Of a stretch of DNA of 64,000 nt, positions 50,546-63,886 are shown piece by piece. The position numbers and the translations under genes are program-made. Positions within the stretch are counted from its first letter, which is position 1. Each line of letters begins with the position of its first letter. The DNA lies in NCBI RefSeq assembly GCF_018350175.1, contig NC_058368.1, forward strand, positions 224,318,001 through 224,382,000, written 5' to 3'. The stretch comes from Felis catus (Eukaryota). The notes under the pieces are model-generated. The model did not search any database and had not been told where the DNA came from. It worked only from the letters and a program-made list of their open reading frames with translations.

Positions 50546-52399
50546 TATGGAGGTATGATAGAAATTGCCACAATATATTATTTTGATCTTTAAGAGTGGC
50601 ACAAATTTCTGCCACCCCCCTGCAAATCTGAAGACACAATACTGATTTTGATTCACCATCAAGGTGTAGCTCAGGACAGTTTCAGAGGCTTGGTCCCCCC
50701 ACGATCACAATAGCTTTTACTGCACAGATCAAGGACTCACTATTGGGTATATTTGAACTGCCAAGAACTTCAGCACCAATTATGCATTCAGAACCAGGTG
50801 ATACAACCAGTGGGTGGGGCATCAAGGACAGTGGTTCCACGAACTGGACTTTGGCTCAAACGTCAATAACTACTTGCCTCGTGTCTGTCCCTGTTTTAAT
50901 AGAGAGGCCATGATGATTCTTCGAGATCGTGAAGTATGAAAGCTAACTCAAACCCTGTTCCCAGTTGCTCTTGAAAAGCTTGGGTGTCCCATATCCCAGT
51001 ATATCATCCAGTAAACAGCTGCATCTCTCTTTGGAGAAGAACTGAGAGAATCATTTCCCTGTGTAATTATCGTGAATCCTTCCATTCAGGAATCTAGCCA
51101 CTTCAACCCATGCATCTGTGTCTGGAAATTGACTTCATTCTGGAAACCAAGGAAAGGATTCTATTTAGAGTGGCTACCCTTAGCCTCCTGCTCTTCCGAA
51201 CTTAATTTCTTTTGATTATGTACATTCAGCGGAGCGTGGGCTTTGCATATTGTGCTCTCGGACATGCTGTTTTGTTAACTGTCTTCTCAAGTTTCTGTGT
51301 ATCAGTCCTGCTTGAATGCCACTCACTGCTCATTATGGTCATTGTGACCACCCCCGCAGCCTTGGGACATTACTAGTTGCCACTGGCCTCTATTCCTTTG
51401 ATGTCCCGCTGTCCCCATGGCTATCCATATGTCAGGCCCTATCAGGCTCTCTTGCAGTCACCCCTGACTAGGACTTCTGAGTGATGTTGGTGTCCCTCTC
51501 TCATCCCATTCCCAGTAGCCTTCATGAGTACTGTGTCTTCTGAGCCTTCCCTTGGAGCATAATATTCTGATGGTTTTTTGGACTCACATAATATATCCAT
51601 TCCAGTATGGCCACTTTCCCGAGGCTTTTGTTGCTTCTTCCATTATCTGTCACAGCAATTCAAGCTTTTCAACTTACCTCCGCAGGGGACAATGCTTTCT
51701 CTAGGCTTCTCTGAGACATCCAACCAGCAATTTAGATGGCCATCCCACTCATCAATGTTAGATGAGTCTTACACTGGGTAGAAATGACTTGGTCCTAATT
51801 CCTCCACCATTGTATATTGTTGGAGGGAAGCTGTTCAGGAAGAGAATGGCCTCAGCTTGAAACTCATGCTGATCCAGCAGGTGATCCAGCTGGAGGCTGT
51901 CAGCTATCTGCACTCCTTGTATCTGCACAGCAATTACATTCTTGAAGGGGGATCCAGCTGGCACACCTCCATGGCTGCCTCAAGATGTGAGGACAGGAAT
52001 ATGAACTGCATAAGGAGAAGAGTATTTTAAAATTCAAATTATGAAAATGACTTATTTTGGCATAGTTTGGGGGAAATTAATATTTGAAAATGAAAACATT
52101 TAGTTATGCTACCCAATGTTAGAGGAGTAATTTGCTTGCTTTGATAGTTTCAAAATTTCTCCTATTTTGCATTCTTCTGAGAGCATGATATTAAACTTAA
52201 ATAATAAATATTTAATCCATGTGAAATTATTGCAGTTTGTTTAAGCATGTACATATATGTAAGACATTTAAATGCTAATATTGGGGTCATTGATAGAGTT
52301 TTACACTAATCGTCCCCAATAAAATATTCCATGAGGTCACTCCCACATCAAATCCACAACATTGGTTAATATAATGCATTGGGATTTGCCTTCACACAA

Positions 52400-52676
52400 T
52401 GTTGCCATAAGACCTTCATGCTGTGAAGAATCCTAAGATTATAGACCATAGTGGAGAGAGAGGCCCCACCATCCCAATTGTCCCAGTTGAGTCCACTTCC
52501 AGCATGTTGGACAGCTGACTATACATACCTGCATGAGTGAGAACCGATGATTCCAGGTTATTCCAGGAAAAACAGATGAGGTGTTTCACAGAATTGTAGG
52601 AAAGAGTACATTTCTTTTGTTTTAAGTACTTTAACTTTTTTGGTACGTTGCTATGCAGCAATAGATAAAGGATACA
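52400..52676 (+). mobile_element. Old MLT1 (H/I-like) LTR 3' part
   Basis: tgcatgagtgag...tgttttaag...ttgctatgcagcaatagataaaggataca terminus. Confidence 0.75.
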
Positions 52677-52870
52677 AGGTCCTTTAAAAAGCATCAGGGA
52701 GCCATCCATCAATCATCTTTTCAAAGGTAAAAACTGAAATTTCATAAAGTAACAGATACTATCTGAGGAAAGAATGCCACAACCTATGTTTATCTAAACA
52801 TAGACTCTAAATTATTCTTAGAAAAAAAAAACTACTTGTGAATATTAGAATAGGTACATTTTTCACTTCT

Positions 52871-53092
52871 TTTTTTTTTAATTTTTTTTCAACGTTTATT
52901 TATTTTTGGGACAGAGAGAGAGAGAGCATGAACGGGGGAGGGGCAGAGAGAGAGGGAGACACAGAATCGGAAACAGGTTCCAGGCTCCGAGCCATCAGCC
53001 CAGAGCCTGCCGCGGGGCTCGAACTCCCGGACTGCGAGATCGTGACCTGCCTGAAGTCGGACGCTTAACCGACTGCGCCACCCAGGCGCCCC
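52871..53092 (-). mobile_element. Young felid CanSINE
   Basis: TSD acatttttcacttct at 52856-52870 and 53093-53107. Confidence 0.97.
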
Positions 53093-53430
53093 ACATTTTT
53101 CACTTCTGATAGAATATAAACTTCTAGGCTATGTTCATTAAAATTTTTTTTTAAAAATATCCTATGGTGGTAAATTCACTGTTTTTAACGTGCCATCTTT
53201 AATGAAATTTCAATGAACATATCCATAGTATTCAGTAGAAATTCAATAATGAATAAGGCATATAAATATGGAAAGAATTTATAGGTGTTAAAAACTGTGC
53301 TCAGAGAAGAGATATCCTTTAATGTGTCTTGATTTTACTGTTATCTTTTATTGTATTTACTTCACTTATTTGTTAAATAACTCATAATTTCCAATAAGTA
53401 TGCTCTACATTTAATATATAAAAACATCCC

Positions 53431-53577
53431 CTAAAGGTAGAAATAGACAGCAATACAATAATAGTAGGAGACTTTAATACCCCACTTTCATCAACAGAGA
53501 GGATCATCCAGGCAGAAAGTCAATAAGGAAACACTGGCCTTAAATGACACATTAGTCAAGATGGACTTAACAAATAT
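53431..53577 (+). mobile_element. Isolated internal L1 endonuclease fragment
   Basis: Translates to LKVEIDSNTIIVGDFNTPLS; homologous to 30770-30905; no tail. Confidence 0.9.
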
Positions 53578-55566
53578 GTTCTACTTTCAATTCTTTCAAT
53601 ATTCTTACCAGCAGATATGTAAGCTCACAATTTTAATGCACAGATGCCGTAGGAGCCATAAGAGAATGGGTTTCACAAGGAAAAGATGTCAGGATGACAT
53701 TTAAAGATAAATCGGCTACTCTGTAAAGGAGCTAGAAGAATTGCAGAATTGTGGTAGGAATTGAAAGAATATCATTGAGAAAATATTTTGAGATTTCAGG
53801 GGAAGTTTCAATAATGATAATATTTGTCCAAGAATGAATTGTGCTACCGTAAGATGGTTGCATATTCGATGTTCTTATCCCCAGTGGGGAGGTTGGAAGA
53901 AGACATCACGATAAGACTAGACGTGGTCCTGATATTAACAATCTCCTCAAGCTTGAGGATATGAAATGAGATAGTGACTATGAAAACAATTTGGAAAATT
54001 GTGAAGTACTTAAAACTTGAACATTTGGATTTCCATTATTTCTCTTTATTTCATTAACCATGGATGACTACCCAGACTAGTAAAATTTTATTAACTGCAT
54101 CTTGACATTTAAATATTCAGAGCTGACTTTCAAGGTGTAAGTTAGCTGGAAAGGCCATATTCCCTGAGTGCTCTGGAAATTTAAGGGTGAAATTGAATCA
54201 ATCAATCAATCAATAAAACACCCCATTTATTCAGCTCCACTTTCCCCTACACCAAATGTTAGAGAGATAGCTTTATAAAGGGAAAATATGTCAGTTATTC
54301 TCAAACATTACCTTTTAAAGCTGTTAACTGTATTAAAATATTTTAATAAATCTAACAACATGTTCATCAGGCTTTCAAAACAACATGCCTATTGTTCGTA
54401 GAAAAATGATTTGGTAAATGAAGGTGACAGTCAATATGACTACAGTTTTTAAAAATGGAAGAAGCAGAAATAATCAAAAACGTATTTACTTCCAATGCAT
54501 TTTTAAAATAAATACATGCTTTCAATTTGCCTATTAGCAACCAGGTTTGGTCGTCTAAATATGTCATAATGATTTTAATGTAATTATATTGGCATCTCAA
54601 ACAAGTACAACCTAAATTTTCTCAGCAAGGAATTTGACATATTGGATGACACACGTGAATCATTACATTTGACTTTTATATCGTCTTTGAAGGGACATCA
54701 TATACTTGGTCATGTTCCCTTAAATACACCTTTGAGATGACTGTTAAATACAAACATAAGTTCAGTTGAATAGTAAAAAATGACACTGTCAGGTATTTCT
54801 GCCTTGAGGATTCCGCTGCCACTTGAGAGATTCTGAATAGTTTTGTGGCTTTAGGTAGAAAAAAGTTGAGGTAACCTTGATTTAATCTACTTACCTCAGC
54901 AAAAAAAAAAAAAAAAAAAAATAGAAATCCCCAGGTGCCAACAATTATTTCTCAAATTCCTACTAAAATAGAGAGGAGTATAAACTTTGAATGCCCCCCT
55001 CCCCCTGGGGAGTGTTGAGCTAGAGCCGTCTGGAACATAGTGGGCTGGTGTGATCCAGTTCTATCACTTTCCATTACAAACTTTGTCAGCCTAGTTCTAA
55101 TAATACCCAGGAGGGCAGTTTAACCTTTCTGAAAGCTGCATTGTAGAAAAGTCCACATTAGATAAGATCCAGTGTATCAGTTTTCTCCCTTTCATCCCAA
55201 CACAGATCAGTCGCATCCTAGTCTAAAACTTGTTGGGAATCCAATAGAATTTAATAGGTCCCATCATCTAATATGTGCCAACAGTTGTATTTCAGCTACA
55301 TTCTCTGACTTCACCGGGGATTCATACTGATGTTTGAAATGTTCATTCGTTTATTCTCTTCTGGTTTGAGTTACTAAAAGCCCTAATTGACTTGCAAATA
55401 TGCTATATGGAGAAATGAAAAATTATTACCTATTAAAATCCCAGACTGAATTTAACAAATAAGACATTGTAGAGAAAGAAGTATGATAAATAACTGTACA
55501 TACATGAAATAGCATCTAGAAGAGGGAAAGATAGAGCAATTCTTCAAAGATGTTCTGGTACATTTT

Positions 55567-55779
55567 TAAAAATTTTTAAAATGTTTATTTATTTTTAAGA
55601 GAGAGAGAGAGAGAGCATGAGCAAGGGAGGCACAGACAGAGGGAGACACAGAATCTGAAGTAGGCTCCAGTCTTTGAGATGTCAGCACAGAGCCAACACG
55701 GGGCTCGAACCCACAAACGGCAAGACCATGACCTGAGCTGAAGTCGGACGCTCAACCGACTGAGCCACCCAGGTGCCCC
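55567..55779 (-). mobile_element. CanSINE
   Basis: TSD tgttctggtacatttt at 55551-55566 and 55780-55795. Confidence 0.96.
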
Positions 55780-58571
55780 TGTTCTGGTACATTTTGATTG
55801 GAATTTTATTAGTATTACATATTTGCTGTTAATTGTTGGCTGTCTTTATCTTGATGAATGTTTTTTACCCTAAATTATAGTTTGGGTGATATTCATTTTG
55901 CAATATCCTGATTTAAATCAATTTAAAATTGAATTTGCCTGAGTGGAGTTTGAATTTTAATTTTTAACTTCACTTTTCCTTCTTTTTTTCTCATTCTTTT
56001 TCTTTGAGTCATTTTTATTTGAGATGTCCTTCTTGTAAGTTGTGATTAGTTAGACTATGTAGGGATGTAAATTCATAGTCTGAGATTTAATATATTTTAC
56101 TCTATTAATATTTTTGAAGTGTCTGATGAGTTTTCCATAATATGTGGTTTCCCTTTAAGTATTTTTGTATGTTGCATTCTATATGGAAAATGTGAATATT
56201 TTGATTTTTCAATGGTCCAGTAAGGACAGGGGATGAAGGGGTGTTAAAAATGTTAGCTATAGGGTTTAATTTGGGTCTATGGCATAATGTAACCTACACT
56301 AGAGTTTGCTTTTTTTTATTCATACATATTTAAGTTTGACTTCCACATTTTTAGTGCATGTTAACTGTTAAGGTATAACAACAATCATTTTTTAGAAATT
56401 TGATAATAATCCAGAAAATAAGAAAACATATGTTCGTTTAATTTACGGTAGAAAGCCTACCCAGCGTTTTTTTTCACATATTTTTCTCCCATCTAGTAGA
56501 ATAATAATGGTTGTTTAAACTGGCTTCTGGAAACAGAGGAATAGTTATAGCCCCCAAGCCTCTACTATCCGTTATCCATTGTAAGAAATAAGGGTTTATT
56601 ACCTTGTAAGCATTTTCTCTTAAATGTGATGAGTGGATAATTTAGAAGTTATTTGTATCTATTTATTATGATGAATATCAAAGTTCTAACCCCAGAGATG
56701 GCAAAGGCTGCTGTCCAATTAAAATAACTACCATTTCAAAGTTTATAAAGAAGTGATCATTCTTCAGAAATTTAAATCTTGTTTTTGAACATATCGAATG
56801 TGATGTATTTAAACACGTCTTACCTTTAACATTTCCCAACTCACTTCTGTAGGAAGTCTAGCGTAAGAGTAGTCTCTGATTCTTCCCATTCTACCATCAA
56901 CATTAAGAATGGCTGTAAGTTATATTTGATTCATATGTAGGGGAAATAGGAACTGTCCTTAAATGAGCAAAACAATGCTGAACAAGTGTGTGAACAAATT
57001 CACATAAAAAAGTGTTCAAATAATCTCAACAACAATTAATTCATTTGAAATAATCAGTACGTGTATATTCTGAAGAAGTGTGATGAGACTTAAGGTCTAT
57101 AGAGCAAATTATTCCTTACAATATGCAATCGATTCACTTTCTATAGGAAAAGGATGGTCTTCTTTCTCTAATCGAAAATTATTAATGCTAACATCCAACA
57201 CTACTTTTATACCCAGTGATAGTGTTCCAAATAAAACAATTCTAAAATATGTATCATCTAAGAAGTCTCAGGCTAATTCTCTTTAAGTGGATAGGAATAC
57301 AGGTAGGAAATTTAGCCTGAGAAAAATATTATATGCTGAATGGAAATGAAAAAGTCAGAAACAACAATCAAAATATTGTTGGGGACTTCTGAGAAACACA
57401 ATGTAGTGAAGCTTAGTGTACGATTCCCACGATTCCCACTTTCCTGTCTTAGACAACTAAAGTGACCAAAATAATATGGGCATGAGCAGAAGTAAACAAA
57501 CCAAAACCAAAAAACACTGGCTATGTAGCAATAACCAGGGAGAATACTACCCAGAGCCTTAAAAGGAGAGGGACCACCATTGAGTCAAGAATGTAGGGCA
57601 GTCTGGAAAAGTGAGGACCCATGTTACAGTGAGTTCTGTGAACGTGGGGCGGTGGGGCACGGGGTCACCACAGACCTGGAAGAGCTTATCCGGTGCCCTG
57701 GTTTCTGGGAGTGCAAATAAATGCAAATAATGAATAGCTCAGGCATTGTCCAGGACACTTAATAAACTCAGCATGGCTTACCCTTTTTGAAACAGACGTG
57801 CTCTTGTTTCTAAAGAAAAAAAAAGTCCAGCCACTCCAAATAAAGCATTCGTAGGACTGTGGAATTGTCTGTGCAGACTTTCCAGATGCAAGGGCTGGTT
57901 TCATTAAAACAGTAATTCAGTTTCTTAATCCGCTGGGTTGTTGAGATGAAACAGATGTCAAGCCCAGCCACACTGTATCTGAAGAAACGGGCAAGATGAA
58001 AATAAAAAGCAAGTGCAGAAAGCTAGTTTTTGGTAGAGCTGATGTTGTTTCTTTTAACTGAAAAATTTTCTGCATAAAATATTTTATGCAGATTTAATTT
58101 CCCAGTTCCTCAGGATCTCACCCAGGGTGCCTTGACCTTGAACTGAATAATCCATCTATCAAACATGGTGTTACATTGTCTGAGGAGTAGTTTGTTTTTA
58201 AAACATCCTTCAGTACAGTTTTATGTGAGCGTGCATAAGTGGCTCCTAATCCACAGCATAGTAGAAAATAGTGAGACTTTGAAGCAACTCAATCAGCAAA
58301 GCACACTCCAGACCTGGCCTCTTAAGCACCTCAAATATCATTATCACAATTTCCATCATACTGGTTGTTAATTAGCAGGAGAGGTGATAGAGAACATTCA
58401 GGATGATAAGTGGTATTCAGAATTATGTGGTCTGGTAGAAAGCCCATGCACCAGAGAGGGGAAACCAGCAGAAACTACTTTTGAATTCATATTCCTAATA
58501 TTGAGTTCTGTTCATTTCTGTGTCCTCTGTCTGCTGACTGATCAATGTTTTGCCGGCATGTTACTAAGGCT

Positions 58572-58574
<3 letters not shown>

Positions 58575-58617
<43 letters not shown>

Positions 58618-58622
58618 CACAC
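58575..58622. repeat. (CA)n microsatellite
   Basis: Directly visible. Confidence 0.97.
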
Positions 58623-58899
58623 CAGTGGATATCTGAGAAAATAACCTGAAACTTAAAAAGACAAACACAAAACATAGAAGAAGGATATAAAAAACAGAGT
58701 AAATTACAAAAAAAAATTGATAGTAGGAACTGAAGCAAATTAGAGGAATCATCTGCCTTGCATTTTTTAATGAATAAAAATTCTAAAATAAGAGATTAAA
58801 CTACATTTTCTAAAAATATTGAAGCACAGAATGTGCTAGCAGCATAAAAGTAAGCACGTTGTCCCTGTTGTTTCTTTCAAATCTCTTTACCGCTGGTAA

Positions 58900-59319
58900 C
58901 AAACCCCAACCCCATGGCATTAGGTTGTAAAACCCACCCATCTTCAACCACAGTGATTGGTCCAGAGACGATCATATCAGTAAAGCAAGGGCTACAAAAA
59001 GCCTTCCTTGGATTTGTACTTGCAGAAACTGGCAGCAAAATGCCTGCTTTCATTTCTTGGATGCCTCAGGCTCCATGGACCTGAGCCTAAAACTATCTGT
59101 AGCTGTGGATTCAATCTTGCCTGAGCAGCTGGCCTGAGAGAATCAAGCCAACACACAGAAACACACACGGAAAAAGAGAAAGTCTCAACAATATTCAAGT
59201 TTTATGAACCTCCAAGCTAGTTCCACCTTTCATAATTCAACGGCAGAAACCAGTGCAAATCCCAACATTCTTTGAATTAGTGTGCGGGGCTTCTGTCCGT
59301 CAGGAACTTCACTAATACA
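58900..59319 (+). mobile_element. Old MLT1 (J/K-like) LTR fragment
   Basis: ccacagtgattggtccag, gcctgagagaatcaagccaacacacag, actaataca end. Confidence 0.5.
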
Positions 59320-59428
59320 AGCAGGAAGAAGGAACGTTGCCAATGACAACCATAAAGTGGGGAATCCTTCATGAAACAATAAATCAGGGGGCTCAGAATC
59401 AGGGTCCCTCCCTCATAAGCTGAGATGG

Positions 59429-59628
59429 TGTTAGAGGGCAAACTGGGTCTCCCAAATATTCATATGTTAAAGGCTTACCCCCCCATACCTCAGAATATGA
59501 ACTTTTTGGAAATGAGGTCATTGCAGATGAAATATGAATTTAAGATGAGCTCATTAGGGTGGACCCTAATCCTATATGAGTCCTGTCTGTATAAGAAGGG
59601 GAAATTTGGACACACACACACACACATG

Positions 59629-59668
<40 letters not shown>

Positions 59669-59873
59669 TGATAAGAGACATGGAGAAGATGACCATCTAC
59701 AAACCAGAGAAAGAAACTTGGCACAGAAACTTCCTCACAACCCTCAAAAGGAGCTAACCCTGCTGACACCTTGATTTTAGGCCTCTAGCCTCCAGAGCTG
59801 TGAAACATTACATTTCTGTTGTTTAAGCCACAGTTTGTGGTATTCTGTTATGGCAACCCTGGCACCAAATATA
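59429..59873 (+). mobile_element. MLT1B-like MaLR solo LTR with internal (CA)n
   Basis: 5-bp TSD gatgg at 59424-59428 and 59874-59878; agggtggaccctaatcc and ccctgctgacaccttgatttt cores. Confidence 0.92.
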
Positions 59874-60716
59874 GATGGTAACAATCCAAGTCCTGAGGCA
59901 GTAACCGGTCATTAAAATACCGCTATGATATCCTGGTACTTGGACATTATAGAGGCTGAGTCTATTTAGCTGACTAGGAAAAAAATGATAGGAGATTGAA
60001 AAGGATTGCTCACTTCTTTCTGTTTTGAGTAAAAAAAAAATGCTGCAAGTTAGAAACAAGTAAAAATAAAATGTGGCCTGTCTAGAAAGAAAAAAGATAA
60101 AGCAAGGAAGATCGATGGCATTGTTGAGGCAGAACATTTCTGTCTGTAATATGCCCAGCCAAGGAGGAATGGCAGGTACTCTGGCCAGTTATTAATGACA
60201 CCAGCATCCACACATACTGGGAAGGTTCTGACTCGAAGTTGTTGATTTTAGAGGCTTTCCAGTACTGTTTGTTAGTCGTTGAAGTTGACATGCAGTCATT
60301 TAATATTTTAAGGATCTTGGATTATGAGAGAAACAACTTGGGATACTTCCACAGCTAAACCAATTTCCAGCCCCTCACCCCCTCAGTCAGGTGGGAGAGG
60401 CCAAAACTTGTCAGCTTTCATAGGTAGTGTTCCTTGAGCCAAGGTAAGAAATCAGGTTTTGTGATTGGTGCCCTTCGTATCAAAAATCTTACCTAGGATA
60501 AATCTTGATTGTTAATTTCAAATATCCAAATAATAAAGAAGTTCAAGTGAAGACAACAGAGATCCGGGGCATTGTAAGTGATTCCCAGATACTCACTGAT
60601 TCCCAGATCCTCCCCTTCTATGTCACATATGTACTCTTCAAATGAAATCTCTTGTAAGCTGTGTGGGTTGTTGCCTCACAACCCAAGAACATGCATGTTA
60701 TAAAAAAGTTATTTTA

Positions 60717-60925
60717 GGACCCCTGGGAGGCTCAGTTAGTTAAGCAACCAACTATTGATTTCAGCTCAGGTCTTGATCTCACGGTTCATGGTATCAAGCC
60801 CTGCATCAGGCTCTGTGCTGACAGCACAAAGCTGCTTGGGATTTTCTCTCTCTCCGTCTCTTTCTCTGCCCCTCCCTTGCTCACGCACATGCTCTCAAGC
60901 TCTCTTTCTCAAAATGAATAAACAT

Positions 60926-60965
<40 letters not shown>
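60717..60965 (+). mobile_element. CanSINE with (TAAA)n tail
   Basis: Head, CT tract, tetranucleotide tail. Confidence 0.92.
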
Positions 60966-60968
<3 letters not shown>

Positions 60969-61781
60969 TATATCCAGATAATTACCCGTCTCGTGTGGCA
61001 GTTTTGTGAAGCCATGCACCTGAAATCCAGAGATCCTGGCATAGCTTCATACACCCACACAGACACCTAAACCAAGAGCACTCGCTGCTCCACAGATAAG
61101 GAAACTCCCACGACAAATGTCTCCGGACTATATACCAAAAGACAAATGTTTCCAAAGGGATTAAAACCGGGTTATCTGCTTTCTTTCCGTCAGTGTGGGC
61201 ATCACACAGATTAGAGGATGCTTAACCAGGAGTGGAATGGATCCAGGGTGCCGTTTAATTGTCACACTTTCCCGACCCAGTGGTTCTCTTTGGTGGGCAG
61301 AAAAGGGAGAAAGGGAATATTTTCAGTTAGGAGGATCTGAAGCACTCTACAAATGATCATTCATTTATTCATTCCATTCTCTGTAAAGTAAATATTTCCA
61401 GTTTCTCTTATACCCTGGCCAGTAAGGAGGTAAGTATCCTATAGAGTGACTGCTATGTCTTGCTCTCATGGGTATTCTTTTCTAGATGGCCATTTTTTAA
61501 GAGTTACCCAACTTTCTACCTCTTATTAAATGCTAACTACATGAAAGACAGTTAAATTTATAATATAACCCATAAATTTCATGATTAATTTGAGATAAAT
61601 CTAGGCCGGATTAAAACAAATACAGATAATGTAGGCCTCCTGGACGAAGATATGAATGAAAAAACTGGATCTGACTTAGGGTTTTGTCCTTTCCATGAGC
61701 ATGTTTTCAGTTGTATGTAGGATGCTAGCTCGGTATCGTATAGGGAGATTTTGAAATTGCATGTATTAAGTTATGTTTAAG

Positions 61782-61783
<2 letters not shown>

Positions 61784-61814
<31 letters not shown>

Positions 61815-61826
61815 TGTGTGTGTGTG
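61784..61826. repeat. (TG)n microsatellite
   Basis: Directly visible. Confidence 0.97.
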
Positions 61827-62049
61827 CATGTGCATGTGGGTTCATGTGCTGGACAGTCAGAAAGTAGAAAGAAAGAAAACCACAGCTACTGTTATCTACC
61901 TACCTCATCCTCACCTTTTTCTGGAACATTCCTATTTCCTTGAACACAAGAAAGGGTACATGTGACAAGGTAGACCACCCATAATGCTCAGACTTGTCAG
62001 AATGATCAGCCCAAGGATGGCACATGACTTAATGGGCTCCTGAAATTTA

Positions 62050-63240
62050 AAACAGGTGCATTCTGGTAGATTCCAATGAAGCTGGAATTATGGAACCTTT
62101 AAATTCTGATGAGCCTTCTTTGCCAACAGAAGCAGTCCTTCTACCCCTACCTGAGAAGTTTAGCCCACCTTTGTCTGTAACATTTGTAATGACTTCTTCT
62201 GAGGTATTTGCCTTTCTGGGCACTGCCAATTCCCTTCAGAGCCTGCCACCACCCTCCCTCTTTGCTTCTAGATGTATAAATAGACTTAAGTTCCAGCATT
62301 CCTCAAAGAGTGAGCTATTTATGAAGAGGTCACCACATGTCATTAGAAACTGTGTGGTTTTTCCAGTTTATACGGACAGAAACCTGGAGAGTATATATGA
62401 GAATGGATATTAAGGTGCGGGATTATGCTGTTAGGAATATAAAGATAAATCAGGCCGAAATTATTGATTGAGCCCACTAAGCAGCAATTCTGGATGTTTA
62501 ATGGCTGGCAGAAATACGGGCTCAAAGGTGACCTACATTAAGTGGAACTGAAATGCCAAAACTACCCTGGTCTACTGTATCATAGGTTCAGGATAACTGG
62601 AATGCAAGAGAACACATTCATGTAAGAACTTCTCACCCACCCTGGGAGACTCCAGAGGACACAACACAATTTCACCATTACGGTAAGAAAAATATTTCTG
62701 AGACGACACCCACTGTGCTTTAGGAGCTCTATGGATGTTATTTTCAGCAGATCTGATATCACAGGGAAAATTCTACCATCAAAATCAATTGCTAAATGCA
62801 GTGGGGATCATTGGAACCCAGAGTTTCAAGGACCAAATAATGCTACTTACTTGCCAAAGGCAATGTAGGTGTGGTTACTGTAGAGGGCAGCGGAGTCAAA
62901 GCAGTAATCAGAATAGCCTAACTCGCAGAAACCTGTGGCATTGGCTAGTTGATCACGGTTTCCCTAAAAAGTGAAATAGATTGGGAATATACAACTGCTA
63001 ATTCTGTGTAAGTGGTATTACCTACTATTACTCTTAGTGATCGACTAGCAAAATAATAACATCTCTCATTATCACCATCTCCTGTGATGAAAAGCCTACG
63101 GAAAACTACAATGACCCAACTCACTCAGGAGTGCTAATGGCTCAGACCCTCAGGAATGAAGGCTTGTCTCATCCCATCAGACAAAGACCCACAGCCAACA
63201 GAGGTGCTTGAGGAGTGCAAAGGGAATATAGAATGAGTAG
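62050..63240 (+). mobile_element. ERVL internal remnant (gag-like)
   Basis: Fragments SLFASRCINRLKFQ, LYGQKPGEYI*EWILRC and QNSLTRRNLWHWLVDHG resemble ERVL gag; stops and frameshifts. Confidence 0.8.
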
Positions 63241-63304
63241 TAAATACTTGCTGTTGGAATTTCATTTTATACTCTAAAATTCACTTCAAAAATAAAGGAA
63301 GTTA

Positions 63305-63886
63305 GAGGCACCTGGCTGGCTCACTTGGTAGAACATGTGACTCTTGGTCTCAGAGATGTAAGTTGGAGGAATCTCAGGTGTAGATATTACTTAAAAATAA
63401 AAAAATAAAAGGGGTTCCTGGGTGGCTCAGTTGGTTGAGCATTGGACTTCAGCTCAGGTCATGATCTCACTGTTCATGGGTTCGAGCCCTGGGTTGGGCT
63501 CTGACAGCTCAGAGCCTGGAACCTGCTTCAGATTCTGTGTCTCCCTCCCTCTCTGCCTCTCCCTGACTCATGCTCTGTCTCTCCAAAATGAATAAACATT
63601 AAAAAAATTAAAAATAAATACAAAACAAAAAAAAATAAGGATGCTGGGGTGGATCAGTCTGTTAAGCATCTGACTCTTGATTTCAGCTCAGGTCATGATC
63701 TCACAGTTCGTGAGATCAAGCCCCAGGCTGGGTTCTGTGCTGACAGCACAGAGCCTGCTTGGGATTGTCTCCCTTTCTCTCTAACCTTCCCTGACTCACA
63801 CTTGTTCTCTCTCTCTTCCTCTCTCTCTCTCAAAATAAATAAACATTTAAAAAAAATAATAATAAAATAAAATAAAATAAATCAAT
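63305..63886 (+). mobile_element. Three head-to-tail CanSINEs (63305-63410, 63411-63638, 63639-63886)
   Basis: Three heads and tails; outer TSD aaataaaggaag at 63290-63301 and 63887-63898. Confidence 0.93.

Larger units (their letters stand above)
47495..51982 (-). mobile_element. Ancient ERVL provirus remnant (LTR16-like LTRs plus internal region)
   Basis: LTR 47495-47951 and partial LTR ~51790-51982 share ggctgtcagcta..tgcact and tccatgg.tg; minus strand near 48600-48690 reads LGGKIDPDQPEVVRLRLL (ERVL dUTPase-like GVIDPDYQGEI). Confidence 0.75.

Noticed and set aside
62090..62413. 107-aa ORF as a possible domesticated gag
   Set aside because: Surrounding ERVL gag has stops and frameshifts; only a remnant.
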